NCBI GenBank assembly: GCA_963766295.1
Contig: CAVXYW010000001.1
Span: 666,815-730,814 of the forward strand
Direction of reading: 5' to 3'
Length of the DNA stretch: 64,000 bases
DNA from: an uncultured Actinomycetes bacterium
GTDB taxonomy: Bacteria; Actinomycetota; JAICYB01
The position numbers and the translations under genes are program-made. The notes beneath the pieces are model-generated. The model made no database searches. It saw nothing but the letters and a program-made list of their open reading frames with translations, and was not told where the DNA came from. Positions 7,878 through 17,992 of the stretch are shown here, piece by piece. The number at the start of each line of letters is the position of its first letter. Within the stretch, counting starts at the first letter, position 1.

Positions 7878-10391
7878 ATGTTCGAAAGGTTCACCGACAG
7901 GGCACGCAGAGTCGTCGTCCTGGCGCAGGAGGAAGCACGCCTCCTCAACCACAACTACATCGGCACGGAGCACCTGCTCCTCGGCCTCATCCACGAGGGC
8001 GAGGGTCTGGCTGCGAAGGCGCTGGAGTCTCTGGGCGTCACGCTCGACCAGGTCCGTTCCCAGGTCGAGGACATGATCGGCGTCGGCACGGCCACGCCGC
8101 AGGGCCACATCCCGTTCACTCCGCGCGCAAAGAAGGTCCTCGAGCTGTCGCTGCGCGAGGCGCTCCAACTCGGCCACAACTACATCGGAACCGAGCACAT
8201 CCTGCTCGGCCTCCTGCGCGAGGGCGAGGGTGTGGCCGCGCAGGTGCTGATGAAGATCGGCCTGGACATGCAGAAGGTCCGCCAGACCGTCCTCCAGCTC
8301 ATGCAGGGCTACCAGGGCCAGCAGGGCGAGGGCAAGGCGTCGGGCGAAGCTCCGTCCGGATCGCTCGTCCTCGACCAGTTCGGCCGCAACCTCACCGCGC
8401 TCGCCGCTCAGTCCAAGCTCGACCCCGTCATGCGTCCGCGAGAAGGAGATCGAGCGCGTCATGCAGGTCCTCTCGCGCCGGACGAAGAACAACCCCGTCC
8501 TCATCGGGGAGCCGGGCGTGGGCAAGACCGCGATCGTCGAAGGTCTCGCGCAGCGCATCGTGCGCAAGGAAGTTCCCGAGACGCTCGCCAACAAGCAGAT
8601 CTACACGCTCGACCTCGGCGCCCTCGTCGCCGGCTCGCGTTACCGCGGTGACTTCGAAGAGCGCCTGAAGAAGGTCCTCAAGGAGATCCGACAGCGCGGC
8701 GACATCGTCCTGTTCATCGACGAGCTGCACACGCTCGTCGGCGCCGGCGCGGCCGAAGGCGCGATCGACGCGGCTTCGATCCTCAAGCCGATGCTCGCGC
8801 GCGGTGAGCTTCAGACCATCGGTGCAACGACGCTCGCCGAATACCGCAAGCACCTCGAGAAGGACGCCGCCCTCGAGCGCCGCTTCCAGCCGATCCACGG
8901 TCGAAGAACCGACGGTCACCGACACCATCGAGATCCTCAAGGGTCTGCGCGAGCAGTACGAGCAGCACCACCGCGTGGTCATCACGGACGAAGGCATCGT
9001 CGCGGCGGCGAACTTCGCCGACCGCTACATCACCGACCGCTTCCTTCCGGACAAGGCCATCGACCTCATCGACGAGTCCGGATCGCGGATGCGTCTGCCG
9101 CAAGCTGTCGCAGTCCGCCGGAGATCAAGGAGCTCGACGACCGCATCGCGCTGCTGAACGCCGAGAAGGACTCGGCTGCCGAAGCACAGGACTACACGCG
9201 TGCGCAAGAGCTCAAGGGCCAGGTGCAGACGCTAACCAAGGAGCGCCGCGAGGAGGAAGAGGCCTGGCGGGCCGAGGACGGCGAGTTCTACGGCGTCATC
9301 GGCGAGGAAGAGGTCGCCGAGGTTCTCGGCCGCATGGACCGGCATCCCCGTCCACCGGCTGACCGAAGAGGAGTCGGCCAAGCTCCTGCGCATGGAGGAT
9401 GAGCTGCACAAGGCCTACGTGAGCCAGGACGAAGCCGTGAAGGCCGTTTCTCGCGCGATCCGTCGTACGCGCGCGGGTCTGAAGGACCCGAAGCGTCCGT
9501 CCGGCTCGTTCATCTTCCTCGGACCGTCCGGTGTCGGGAAGACCGAGCTCGCCAAGCAACTGGCCGAGTTCCTGTTCGGCGACGACGAGGCGTTGATCCA
9601 GATCGACATGTCCGAGTACATGGAGAAGCACACCGTTTCGCGTCTGGTTGGTTCGCCTCCCGGCTACGTCGGTTACGAAGAGGGCGGACAGCTGACCGAG
9701 GCCGTGCGCCGTCGTCCGTACTCGGTCGTGCTCTTCGACGAGATCGAGAAGGCGCACTACGACGTGTTCAACGTCCTGCTCCAGATCCTCGAGGACGGAC
9801 GACTCACCGACGCGCAAGGTCACCACGTCGACTTCAAGAACACCGTGATCATCATGACTTCGAACCTCGGAACCAGGCGATGTCGGCAAGGCCAAGGGCA
9901 TCGGCTTCCAGACCGAGGACGCTGAGGACATCCCCTACGAGAAGATGCGCGATCAGGTGATGTCGGAGCTGAAGAAGAGCTTCCGTCCCGAGCTGCTGAA
10001 TCGGATCGACGAAGTGATCGTGTTCCACCCGCTCTCACGCGAGCAGGTTAAGGAGATCGTCGACATCATGATCCTGCGCGTCACCGAACAGCTGAAGAGC
10101 CGCGGTATGGGCCTGGAGCTGACCGAGGCGGCCAAGAACCTGCTCGCTGAGAAGGGCTACGACCCTGCTCTTGGTGCGCGTCCTCTGCGTCGCACGATCC
10201 AGCGAATGGTCGAGGACCCGATGTCGGAGAAGGTGCTCTGGAAGGAGTTCCGCGCCGGTCAGGTCGTGGTGGTCGATGCGTCCGACGGTGAGATCGTGTT
10301 CACGAGCCGCGACGAACCGGAGCTAGAGGTTCCGCCGGAACCGGTCGAGGTGGGCAAGCCCGGGCCGAGCCCGAGCTTGAGCGACGGCTAG
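7878..10391 (+). pseudogene. clpC: ATP-dependent Clp protease ATP-binding subunit ClpC, split over three frames by at least five apparent frameshifts
   Basis: Segments in different frames follow the ClpC order: 7878-8437 double Clp_N repeat ([16 protein letters not shown]... twice); 8437-8898 Walker A GEPGVGKT; 8898-9105 [23 protein letters not shown]; 9105-9330 [12 protein letters not shown] linker; 9330-9875 second AAA domain [15 protein letters not shown]; 9875-10391 C-terminal domain ending at TAG. Shifts lie at about 8437(+1), 8898(+1), 9105(-1), 9330(+1) and 9875(+1). Confidence 0.85.
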
Positions 10392-10491
10392 AACACGCTC
10401 CAACGCGCTGACCCTTGCGCCGAGGTCGTGCAACGCTCGTTAGTCTTCTGACCGTCGTTGTACCGATGTACACCCTCAACCGAGGTCAGAG

Positions 10492-10923
10492 ATGGATGCT
10501 TGGATCCAGGCGTCGGCAACCTTTTGCATCGGGGTCTTCTTTGCCGCAGCGGTCTACATCTCGCTGGTGCAGCACCCCGCCGCCCTAGCGACGGGCACGG
10601 ATTTCGCCAGTCGGTTTTTCTCCCCTATGTACTCCCGAGCATCCGTTATGCAAGCGACGCTTGCCGTTGTTGGAACCGTTGCCGCGGCGACGGCTTACTT
10701 CTCCACTGAGCGCACCGCCTGGATCTTCGTCGCAGTTCTAATATCCAGCGTCGTCCCATTCACACTGCTGGTGATGGCGAAGGTAAACGATGAGCTGAAA
10801 GCGCACTCGCCGGATCGGTCGGCCGATCGGACGAGTGAACTCCTTGTTCGGTGGGGCCATCTTCACTGGGTGAGGACGATTGTTAGTGGTCTTGCCTTCT
10901 TGGGTTGTCTGTACTTGGCATAG
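10492..10923 (+). CDS. small integral membrane protein (about 4 TM; possibly DUF1772/anthrone-oxygenase-like)
   Basis: 143 aa with four hydrophobic segments. ATG start is preceded by GAGG. Confidence 0.4.
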   Translation: MDAWIQASATFCIGVFFAAAVYISLVQHPAALATGTDFASRFFSPMYSRASVMQATLAVVGTVAAATAYFSTERTAWIFVAVLISSVVPFTLLVMAKVNDELKAHSPDRSADRTSELLVRWGHLHWVRTIVSGLAFLGCLYLA

Positions 10924-10931
10924 GAGGTGCA

Positions 10932-11282
10932 ATGGGTCAGCAAGAACAGGATCGACGGATCGACTACGTCGAGTACTCGGCGATCGATATCGAAGCCACT
11001 AAGACTTTCTTCTCGAGCGTATTCGGCTGGAGCTTCACCGATTACGGACCGGATTACACAGCTTTCGAGGACGGCCGTTTGAACGGCGGCTTTGCCAAGG
11101 CCGATGCGGTCGGCGGAACCGGTGCTCTCGTTGTGATCTACGCGACTGAAATCGACACCATCAAGGAAGCCGTGACCAAGAACGGCGGAACGATCACGCA
11201 GGACACTTACGAGTTTCCGGGCGGGCGCCGTTTCCACTTCAACGACCCGAACGGCAACGAGCTGGCCGTTTGGTCTGAATAG
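10932..11282 (+). CDS. VOC (glyoxalase/bleomycin resistance) family protein
   Basis: GGAGG RBS then ATG 10932. The segment IDYVEYSAIDIEATKTFFSSVFGW...HFNDPNGNELAVW has the VOC fold pattern. Confidence 0.6.
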   Translation: MGQQEQDRRIDYVEYSAIDIEATKTFFSSVFGWSFTDYGPDYTAFEDGRLNGGFAKADAVGGTGALVVIYATEIDTIKEAVTKNGGTITQDTYEFPGGRRFHFNDPNGNELAVWSE

Positions 11283-12571
11283 TGACCGAACGCGTCCTCG
11301 TTGTTGGTGCAGGCGCCGCAGGTTTGGCCGCGGCCCGCACGCTTGGTGATGCCGGTCACGAGGTAACTATTCTCGAAGCGCGCGACCGCATCGGTGGTCG
11401 AGCATTCACGTCCTACGACATCGCCGAACATCCGGTGGAACTCGGTGCCGAGTTCGTTCACGGACAGTACGTCAGCACTTGGAAGTACCTAGAGCGATTC
11501 GGACTCGACACGGTCGACATCCACGACCAGCTTCGTTTCCGTTTCTTCAGCGACGGCACTGTCTGGGACGAATCCTTCCTGACGCAGTCGAACGCTTTGC
11601 TCGCGTGGAAGATGACGTACGCGTCCAAGGATTGGATCGACGGCGGTGGGGAAGACATGTCTCTGGCGGACGCTGCAATGCGCTGGCCCGGTTTCATCGA
11701 CGGTGAGCTATCTGCCGGGAAACGCGCCTTCTGGAATACCTTCGTGGCCCAGTTCCAGTGTGGGGAGCTAGACGAGGTAGGCATCGGCGGCCTGGCCGAA
11801 GCCACTCGCGACAACGACGGCGACCGGATCCTTTATCGGGTGACCGACGGTTACTCGACGCTCATGTCTCGTCTCGCCGAAGGACTCGACGTACGCACGT
11901 CGATGCCCGTCGAGCGTGTCGAGTGGTCGTCGTCCGGAGCCTCTGCGACGTGTGGTGACCACCATTTCGATGCCGATCGCATGGTGATCACGTTGCCGCT
12001 CGCGATCTTGAGGTCTGGAGACGTCGTCTTCACGCCGGAGCTTCCGGACGAAAAGAAGGCAGCGATAAACGGACTGGGCTTCGGTCCGGCGGCGAAGATC
12101 GTCCTACGGTTCTCCCAGCCGGTCTGGCCGGACGGCATGACCAATCTGATCTCAACCAACGACAGCCAGAACTGGTGGCGCTCAGGTGCCGGACGCGACA
12201 ATGAAGACGGCGTCTTGACGGCGCTCGTTTGCGGGCACGCGGTCGAGCGGTTGAGGGAGTTCGGCGATCCGTCGGCCGAGGGACTGCGTCTGCTCGAAAA
12301 GATACTTGGTGAACAGCTCGCCGGCGATCTGGTCGAGAGCCACTTCGTCGACTGGGGCGCCGACCCGTGGTCGAAGATGGGCTACTCGTTCGTGCCGCCC
12401 GGTGGTGTGGGGCTACGTGACGCCCTTGCTGCTCCGGTAGCCGACGTTCTGTTCTTTGCCGGCGAGGCAACCGACCGCGTGCGACCTCAGACCGTGCACG
12501 GAGCGTTCGATTCGGGGATGCGGGCGGCCGGCGAGCTCTCGAAGGCCTTGAAGATCCGTCAGCGTGCCTAA
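11282..12571 (+). CDS. flavin-containing amine oxidase family protein
   Basis: VLVVGAGAAGLAAARTLGDAGHEVTILEARDRIGGR is a GxGxxG FAD-binding motif of amine oxidases. Start is GTG. Confidence 0.75.
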   Translation: MTERVLVVGAGAAGLAAARTLGDAGHEVTILEARDRIGGRAFTSYDIAEHPVELGAEFVHGQYVSTWKYLERFGLDTVDIHDQLRFRFFSDGTVWDESFLTQSNALLAWKMTYASKDWIDGGGEDMSLADAAMRWPGFIDGELSAGKRAFWNTFVAQFQCGELDEVGIGGLAEATRDNDGDRILYRVTDGYSTLMSRLAEGLDVRTSMPVERVEWSSSGASATCGDHHFDADRMVITLPLAILRSGDVVFTPELPDEKKAAINGLGFGPAAKIVLRFSQPVWPDGMTNLISTNDSQNWWRSGAGRDNEDGVLTALVCGHAVERLREFGDPSAEGLRLLEKILGEQLAGDLVESHFVDWGADPWSKMGYSFVPPGGVGLRDALAAPVADVLFFAGEATDRVRPQTVHGAFDSGMRAAGELSKALKIRQRA

Positions 12572-13109
12572 GGTTCAAGGCGTGACGACCCTGCGGCCGA
12601 TGGCCGTCGACGAGCTGAGTCGTATCGCTGAGATCGACCGGTCGGAGCGGATCACGCAGCAGTACAGACAACGTGGCGGTGCGCTGGAACTGGTCGAGGT
12701 TGATATCGATGCGCCTCGCTGGGGAGAGCCCGGGGAGCATCCCGTCGAGCACCGCATCGAGTCCTGGAGACAACTGCTAGACGACGACGGCGTCCTCCTT
12801 GGAGCATTCGACGGCGATCAACTCGTTGGCTTCGCCATCTACCTGCCGTTCATAGAGGAAGGGCTCGCTCAATTAGCGGTGCTTCACGTAACGAGGACGC
12901 ATCGTCGCTTCGGTGTTGGTCGGCACTTGAGCGACGAAGTGCTCCGTCGGGCCCGCGAGGACGGTGCGGAGCGTCTCTACGTCTCGGCTACGCCTACGCG
13001 ATCGACCGTTGACTTCTACAGGGCTCAAGGATTCGAACCGCTGGAGATCCCCAACGACCGGCTTTACGCCCTCGAGCCGGACGATATCCACATGGAGATG
13101 ACGTTGTGA
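12564..13109 (+). CDS. GNAT family N-acetyltransferase
   Basis: LAVLHVTRTHRRFGVGRHLSDEVLRRAREDG is an acetyl-CoA binding motif A-like sequence. Confidence 0.6.
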   Translation: MPKVQGVTTLRPMAVDELSRIAEIDRSERITQQYRQRGGALELVEVDIDAPRWGEPGEHPVEHRIESWRQLLDDDGVLLGAFDGDQLVGFAIYLPFIEEGLAQLAVLHVTRTHRRFGVGRHLSDEVLRRAREDGAERLYVSATPTRSTVDFYRAQGFEPLEIPNDRLYALEPDDIHMEMTL

Positions 13110-13510
13110 AACGAGCCCCTAGTTTTCTGAAGATCGATTGTCTGAGTCTGCCGGTTCCGGATCTCGATGCAGCCCTGGCGTTTTACTCGGAACGTTTGGG
13201 CCACGACCTCATCTGGCGCAATGACACAGCGGCCGGTCTGCGACTGCCAGAGTCGGAGTCCGAGCTCGTCCTTCACACGGACGATCGTCCGATGGAGACC
13301 GACTTGGCTGTTGAGTCGGTGCTCGTCGCCGTCGAGCGGTTCGTCGCTGCCGGGGGACGCGTTCTTGCGCATCCGTTCGAGATACAGATCGGGCTCTGCG
13401 CGGTTGTGTCCGATCCTTGGGACAACGTGCTCGTTCTGCTCGACACGTCAAAGGGGTTGCTGCGTGTCGACGAGCAGAAGCGCGTGATCGGTAACGAAAC
13501 CCTCGGCTAG
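13106..13510 (+). CDS. VOC/glyoxalase family protein
   Basis: KIDCLSLPVPDLDAALAFYSERLGHDLIW shows the VOC fold pattern. Length 134 aa. Confidence 0.6.
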   Translation: MKRAPSFLKIDCLSLPVPDLDAALAFYSERLGHDLIWRNDTAAGLRLPESESELVLHTDDRPMETDLAVESVLVAVERFVAAGGRVLAHPFEIQIGLCAVVSDPWDNVLVLLDTSKGLLRVDEQKRVIGNETLG

Positions 13511-14049
13511 TTACCTTCCATCAGTGCCACGAGCTTGCGTACGGTATTGCAGTTGCGGATCGACATCTTCTTGTAGAGCGGCGTACCGAAGATTCCTCTC
13601 CATAGCGTGCTCTTGTTTACATCTTTCCGGTCGATGCGCCAGATAAGCGCTCCGGCGGCGTAGTGCAGATCCTCCAGCTTGGGGTCCGGTTTCAGCTCTT
13701 TCAGGACGGAGGACCGATCGACTTCCTTCCATAAAAACAATACGTCGCACCTCATCCTTTGGTCGGTCGTCCATTTTGAGGGGATCGCCTTCGCCAAGGC
13801 CTTCATCTCTTCGAGGTTGCGCAAGACAACCGGCACTTCGAAACCGAAACGCTTTGCGATGCCGGCCTCGATCTGCCCGACGAGCCGTGCCTTAGCTCGG
13901 ATCTTGCTCGCGAAGATGACGTTCCCGGAGTTGATGTAGGTCTTGACGTCCGTCACGCCTGCGTCTTCAAAGACAGACTTCAGCTGCTTCATGTCGACCT
14001 TGTTCTTCCCGCCGACATTGATCCCGCGAAGCAGAGCCACGTAGACCAT
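13507..14049 (-). CDS. DUF1697 domain protein
   Basis: MVYVALLRGINVGGKNKVDMKQLKSVFE is the DUF1697 signature N-terminus. Confidence 0.65.
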   Translation of the reverse strand: MVYVALLRGINVGGKNKVDMKQLKSVFEDAGVTDVKTYINSGNVIFASKIRAKARLVGQIEAGIAKRFGFEVPVVLRNLEEMKALAKAIPSKWTTDQRMRCDVLFLWKEVDRSSVLKELKPDPKLEDLHYAAGALIWRIDRKDVNKSTLWRGIFGTPLYKKMSIRNCNTVRKLVALMEGN

Positions 14050-14056
14050 CGCCGGA

Positions 14057-14087
14057 CTGTAACAGCGCTGGTCACTGGCGCTGTCAG
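14057..14087 (-). terminator. candidate stem-loop downstream of the DMT transporter gene
   Basis: Inverted repeat ACAGCGC-N9-GCGCTGT flanked by CTG/CAG, with no U-tract. It lies in the 51-nt gap between two same-strand genes. Confidence 0.2.
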
Positions 14088-14100
14088 AGACCGGAGGCGG

Positions 14101-14967
14101 TCAGCCGACAGCTAAAGCGACCAGACCGGCGACGATCGCCGAAGCGCCAGCCAAGCGAGCGCCGAGCCGTCCTTCGCGCAGCAACTGCGCGCCGAGGATC
14201 GTCCCGATCAGGATGCTCACCTCACGAGCTGGTGCCACGTAGCTCACAGGTGAAACCGCGAGCGCCGAAAGCACGAGGATGTAAGCGAATGGTGCGAACA
14301 CGGCAACCGCAAGGATCTCGCGGCGGTGGTGCGTCCAGGTCTCTCGTACGAAGCTGCGGCGCCTAAGCACAAGCGGTGTCAGCAAGACGCCCCGAACCGC
14401 GTTGGCTGCCCAGTCGAGGATCAGAGGAGGCACCGCCAGTTCTGCAACCGCGTACCGGTCCCAAAGTGTGTACGTCGCGATCAGCAGACCGGTAAGCAAT
14501 CCGAAGACAACGCCGGCTCGCGTGTCGCCGCGGTTGCTGCCACTCGTTGTGGTTCGTCCGAGAGCGAAAACGCCGATGCAGACCAAGCCCGCACCGCTTA
14601 GAGCAAGAACCGTCGGGCGTTCGCCGATGAATGCGATCGCCAGCGCGGTTGAAAGCATCGGGCCCGTTCCACGAGCGAGGGGATAGACCACCGACAGATC
14701 GCCTACCGCATAACCGCGTTGAAGAAGAGTGAAGTATCCGGCGTGTAGCGCGCCGCTTCCGACCAGGAATCCGATCTCCGTCCATCCGATGTCCGGAGTC
14801 GTCACGAAGTATGCGATCGCGGCGATAGGTGCGTAGAGGATCGCGGCGACTATCGCGCACAGCCACACGAAGGGCACGCCGGCGGCGCCGGCGCGCTTGG
14901 CGAACAGGTTCCACGTCGCGTGGAGTGCCGCCGCGCCGAGTACCAGCGCGAGCGACGCAGCCGTCAT
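14101..14967 (-). CDS. DMT superfamily transporter (EamA-like, about 10 TM)
   Basis: 288 aa of hydrophobic duplicated EamA-like pattern. The N-terminus is LHATWNLFAKRAG. Confidence 0.7.
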   Translation of the reverse strand: MTAASLALVLGAAALHATWNLFAKRAGAAGVPFVWLCAIVAAILYAPIAAIAYFVTTPDIGWTEIGFLVGSGALHAGYFTLLQRGYAVGDLSVVYPLARGTGPMLSTALAIAFIGERPTVLALSGAGLVCIGVFALGRTTTSGSNRGDTRAGVVFGLLTGLLIATYTLWDRYAVAELAVPPLILDWAANAVRGVLLTPLVLRRRSFVRETWTHHRREILAVAVFAPFAYILVLSALAVSPVSYVAPAREVSILIGTILGAQLLREGRLGARLAGASAIVAGLVALAVG

Positions 14968-14992
14968 TTACTGCGTCTGGTGCGGGGACACG

Positions 14993-15978
14993 CTAGATCC
15001 AGCCCCGCTTCTTGAAGAAGATGTAGAGGCCGGTGGCCGTGGAGGCCATCAGTCCGATGGCGAACCAGAAACCGAAGATCTGACCGTCTTCGGGGAAGAG
15101 CCGGAAGTTCATTCCGTAGACGCTGGCGATGAACGTCGGGACGGCGATGATCGCGGCCCAACCGGTCAATCGTTTGGTTACTTCGTTCTGCGCGTTGGTT
15201 GCTTCGACCCGCACGAGATCGATCATCGCGTCGGCGAGGTCCTCGATGTTTCGAACCTGATCGGTTATCCGCAGCGTGTGATCGTGGATGTCGCGGAAAT
15301 ACGCGCCGAAGTGAGTGTCGACGAGCCTGATGGACGAGCCGAGCGAGCCCTGGTCGACAACATTCGCGATCATCCTGGCTACGGGCAGGACGTACCTACG
15401 GAAGCGTGCTAGGCCCTGCTTGACTGTGTAAAGGCGTGTCTGCGCCTGGGATCTGGGGTCGGCGAGAACTTCTTCCTCGAGCGTTTCGATCTCGTGCTCT
15501 AGATTGTCGGCGATCCGTTGGTAGTCGTCGACGATCGTGTCCAACAGTGTGTGCATCATGTACGCGGAGCCGCCCCAGACCTCCTCTTTCGTTGCGCGCA
15601 GGCGGCGTTTGGTTTCTTGGATCGTTTGCTCGGCTCCCGAGTGCAAGGCCAGGACGAATCGCGTGCCGATGAAGCACGCGATCTGAGCCGACTCGAGCTG
15701 CCCTTCGACGGGGTGGAGCTCATGGACGATGACGAAGAGATGGTTGTCGTATTCCTCGAGCTTCGGGCGCTCCCGGAGGCTTGCGGCGTCTTCGATCGCC
15801 AGCTCGTGAAAGCCGAACTCCTCGGCGATCGTCGCGAGGTCGTCCTTGGTTAGCGTCCGGACGTCGGCATCGGCCCAGACTCTGGCCCCGCTCTGCTCGC
15901 AGATGTTCGAGATCTTCGAGAGATCGGTGATCTCTTTCCAACCTATGTCCGGCTCGTGCGAGATCGCGGTCAGCATCT
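14993..15978 (-). CDS. corA: magnesium/cobalt transporter CorA
   Basis: C-terminal TM helices carry the YGMNF signature. The likely start is MLTAISHE at about 15978, because the longer track ORF adds an arginine-rich extension that overlaps pncB. Confidence 0.8.
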
Positions 15979-15999
15979 GCGAGCTATTGTGCCAGCCAG

Positions 16000-17292
16000 A
16001 TGGCTCACGGCCTCTACACGGACCTTTACGAGCTGCGCATGGTCGCTTCGTACCTGAAGCGGGGGATGACCGGACAGTCCACATTCAGCTTGTACATCCG
16101 GCCAACACCGGAGCGCCCTTGGTTCATCGCGCACGGTGTCGACTACGTGCTCGATTTCCTCGATGGATTTCGCTACTCCGACGATGACCTCGCCTTTCTA
16201 CGGGGCATCGGATTCGCTGAATCGACGCTGAGCGAACTCGCAAGGATGCAGCCGCTCGGCGAAGTCTGGGCCGTTCCGGACGGGACCATGGTTCTGGCCG
16301 ACGAGCCAATCCTCGAGGTCACTGCGGCGCTTCCCTTTGCCCAGCTCGTCGAAACCGCGGTCATCAATCTCGTGCAGCATCCGACATTGGTTGCCACGAA
16401 GGCGGCGCGCATCACCTTCGCCGCCGGAGATCGTCCTGTAGTTGACTTCGGCTTCCGGCGTGCCCACGGTCTGGAGACGGGCGTCGTGGCTTCGCTGGCC
16501 GCCTTCGTCGGCGGCGGTTTGTCGACATCCAACATCGAAGCAGCTCGGCGTTACGGCATCCCGGTCGTCGGAACGATGGCGCACTCGTATGTGCTGGCCC
16601 ACAGCAGCGAGATAGACGCGTTCCGTGCTTATGCGCAGGACTTCCCTGACAACGCGATCCTTCTGGTCGACACCTACGACACGCGGACGGGAGTGCGCAA
16701 CGCCATCGTCGTTGCGGGCGAGCTGCGGGCCTCGGGCCACGAGTTGCGCGGGATACGACTGGACTCCGGTGATCTCACCTCTTTGTCCAAGGAAAGCCGA
16801 ACGATCTTGGACGAAGCCGGGTTTCCAGAGGTCCAGATCTTTGCGTCCGGGGGGCTGAACGAGCACGACATCGCTCGCCTTATTGGTGCCGGTGCTCCGA
16901 TCGATTCCTTCGGAGTTGGAACGGACCTCGTCGTTTCGCGAGACGTACCCGCAGTCGACATCGTCTACAAACTCGTCGCCTACGACGGCCGCCCCGTAGC
17001 TAAGCAGAGCTCGGGGAAACAGACGCTTCCGGGAGCCAAGCAGGTGTTCAGGACGTCCGGTGGTGTCTCCGAGGACATCCTCGGCCTTCGTGAGGAGGAT
17101 CGACCGGGGGGTTTGCTCGAGCCGGTCTGGCGAGACGGCAAGCGACCCCAGAGCTTCGACTCTTCTGCCGCCAGACAGCGTGCTGAGAAAGCGTTGGCGG
17201 GGTTGCCGGATCCGTTGAAGGTGCTCGAACGCTTCGAGTCACCGCCCGTACCTCGCTTGAGCGCAAGGCTTGAAGACTTGTCACGCACCTAG
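16000..17292 (+). CDS. pncB: nicotinate phosphoribosyltransferase
   Basis: MAHGLYTDLYELRMVASY...HSYV and overall layout match the NAPRTase family. Length 430 aa. Confidence 0.8.
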   Translation: MAHGLYTDLYELRMVASYLKRGMTGQSTFSLYIRPTPERPWFIAHGVDYVLDFLDGFRYSDDDLAFLRGIGFAESTLSELARMQPLGEVWAVPDGTMVLADEPILEVTAALPFAQLVETAVINLVQHPTLVATKAARITFAAGDRPVVDFGFRRAHGLETGVVASLAAFVGGGLSTSNIEAARRYGIPVVGTMAHSYVLAHSSEIDAFRAYAQDFPDNAILLVDTYDTRTGVRNAIVVAGELRASGHELRGIRLDSGDLTSLSKESRTILDEAGFPEVQIFASGGLNEHDIARLIGAGAPIDSFGVGTDLVVSRDVPAVDIVYKLVAYDGRPVAKQSSGKQTLPGAKQVFRTSGGVSEDILGLREEDRPGGLLEPVWRDGKRPQSFDSSAARQRAEKALAGLPDPLKVLERFESPPVPRLSARLEDLSRT

Positions 17293-17296
17293 CGGA

Positions 17297-17989
17297 TCAG
17301 TTCGGGTTGGACTCCAGCGCCGTTGTCGTCAGTCGCTCTTGATCCTCGACGCGAATATCCATCCCCAGCGCCGGTGAGAAGAAGTGAACAAGGAAGTCGC
17401 GTTGCGGACTGTTGATCTTCTCTTCGATCCTCCACGCCGGCCACACGCGGCCCCCGGCGTCCTCCACGCGCTTGTAACCGGTCACCCGATACTCCGATGT
17501 ACCGGCGCATCCTTCACCGCGCCAGTCCTGAGGTGGGTAGTTCTCTCTCTTCACCGGGATCCGGAGCGTTTCTATCGGAGGCGTCGGCAGGCAATCCGAT
17601 TCTTCCCCTTGGAAGGTCGTTACTGAGCTCACGTGGAGGATGCGATCCGTGAGCCAATGCTGGACGATCTCGCGTTTGTTCGCGTTCTGGTTGTTGGTGA
17701 TGACCGAGGTGACGGTGTCGCCATCGATCGAGACCGTTTGAGTGAGCTTCGTGCCCGCGGCCGGACGGTTCTCGCCGGTTCCGGTCAAGCGGTAGACGTA
17801 CTCGCCCTCTTTGGGCCGATTGACGTCGCCCTCGTTGGGTTCCTCGGGTACCGCGCCGCTTCCCGGTGAACGCGATGGCGGCGGCGTGCCGGAGTCGTCA
17901 TCGCTGGCGCAGGCCACCAGCGACAAAAGACATGTGATGGCTACAACGCCAACCGCGGCACGTCGAAGCCTTGTCCGTTCGGCGAGCAT
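17297..17989 (-). CDS. secreted lipoprotein of unknown function, paralogue A
   Basis: Signal peptide with lipobox (LSLVACAS). Shares motifs with the next gene (NRPKEG-YVY, conserved Cys pairs, W..WR). Confidence 0.55.
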   Translation of the reverse strand: MLAERTRLRRAAVGVVAITCLLSLVACASDDDSGTPPPSRSPGSGAVPEEPNEGDVNRPKEGEYVYRLTGTGENRPAAGTKLTQTVSIDGDTVTSVITNNQNANKREIVQHWLTDRILHVSSVTTFQGEESDCLPTPPIETLRIPVKRENYPPQDWRGEGCAGTSEYRVTGYKRVEDAGGRVWPAWRIEEKINSPQRDFLVHFFSPALGMDIRVEDQERLTTTALESNPN

Positions 17990-17992
17990 CTC

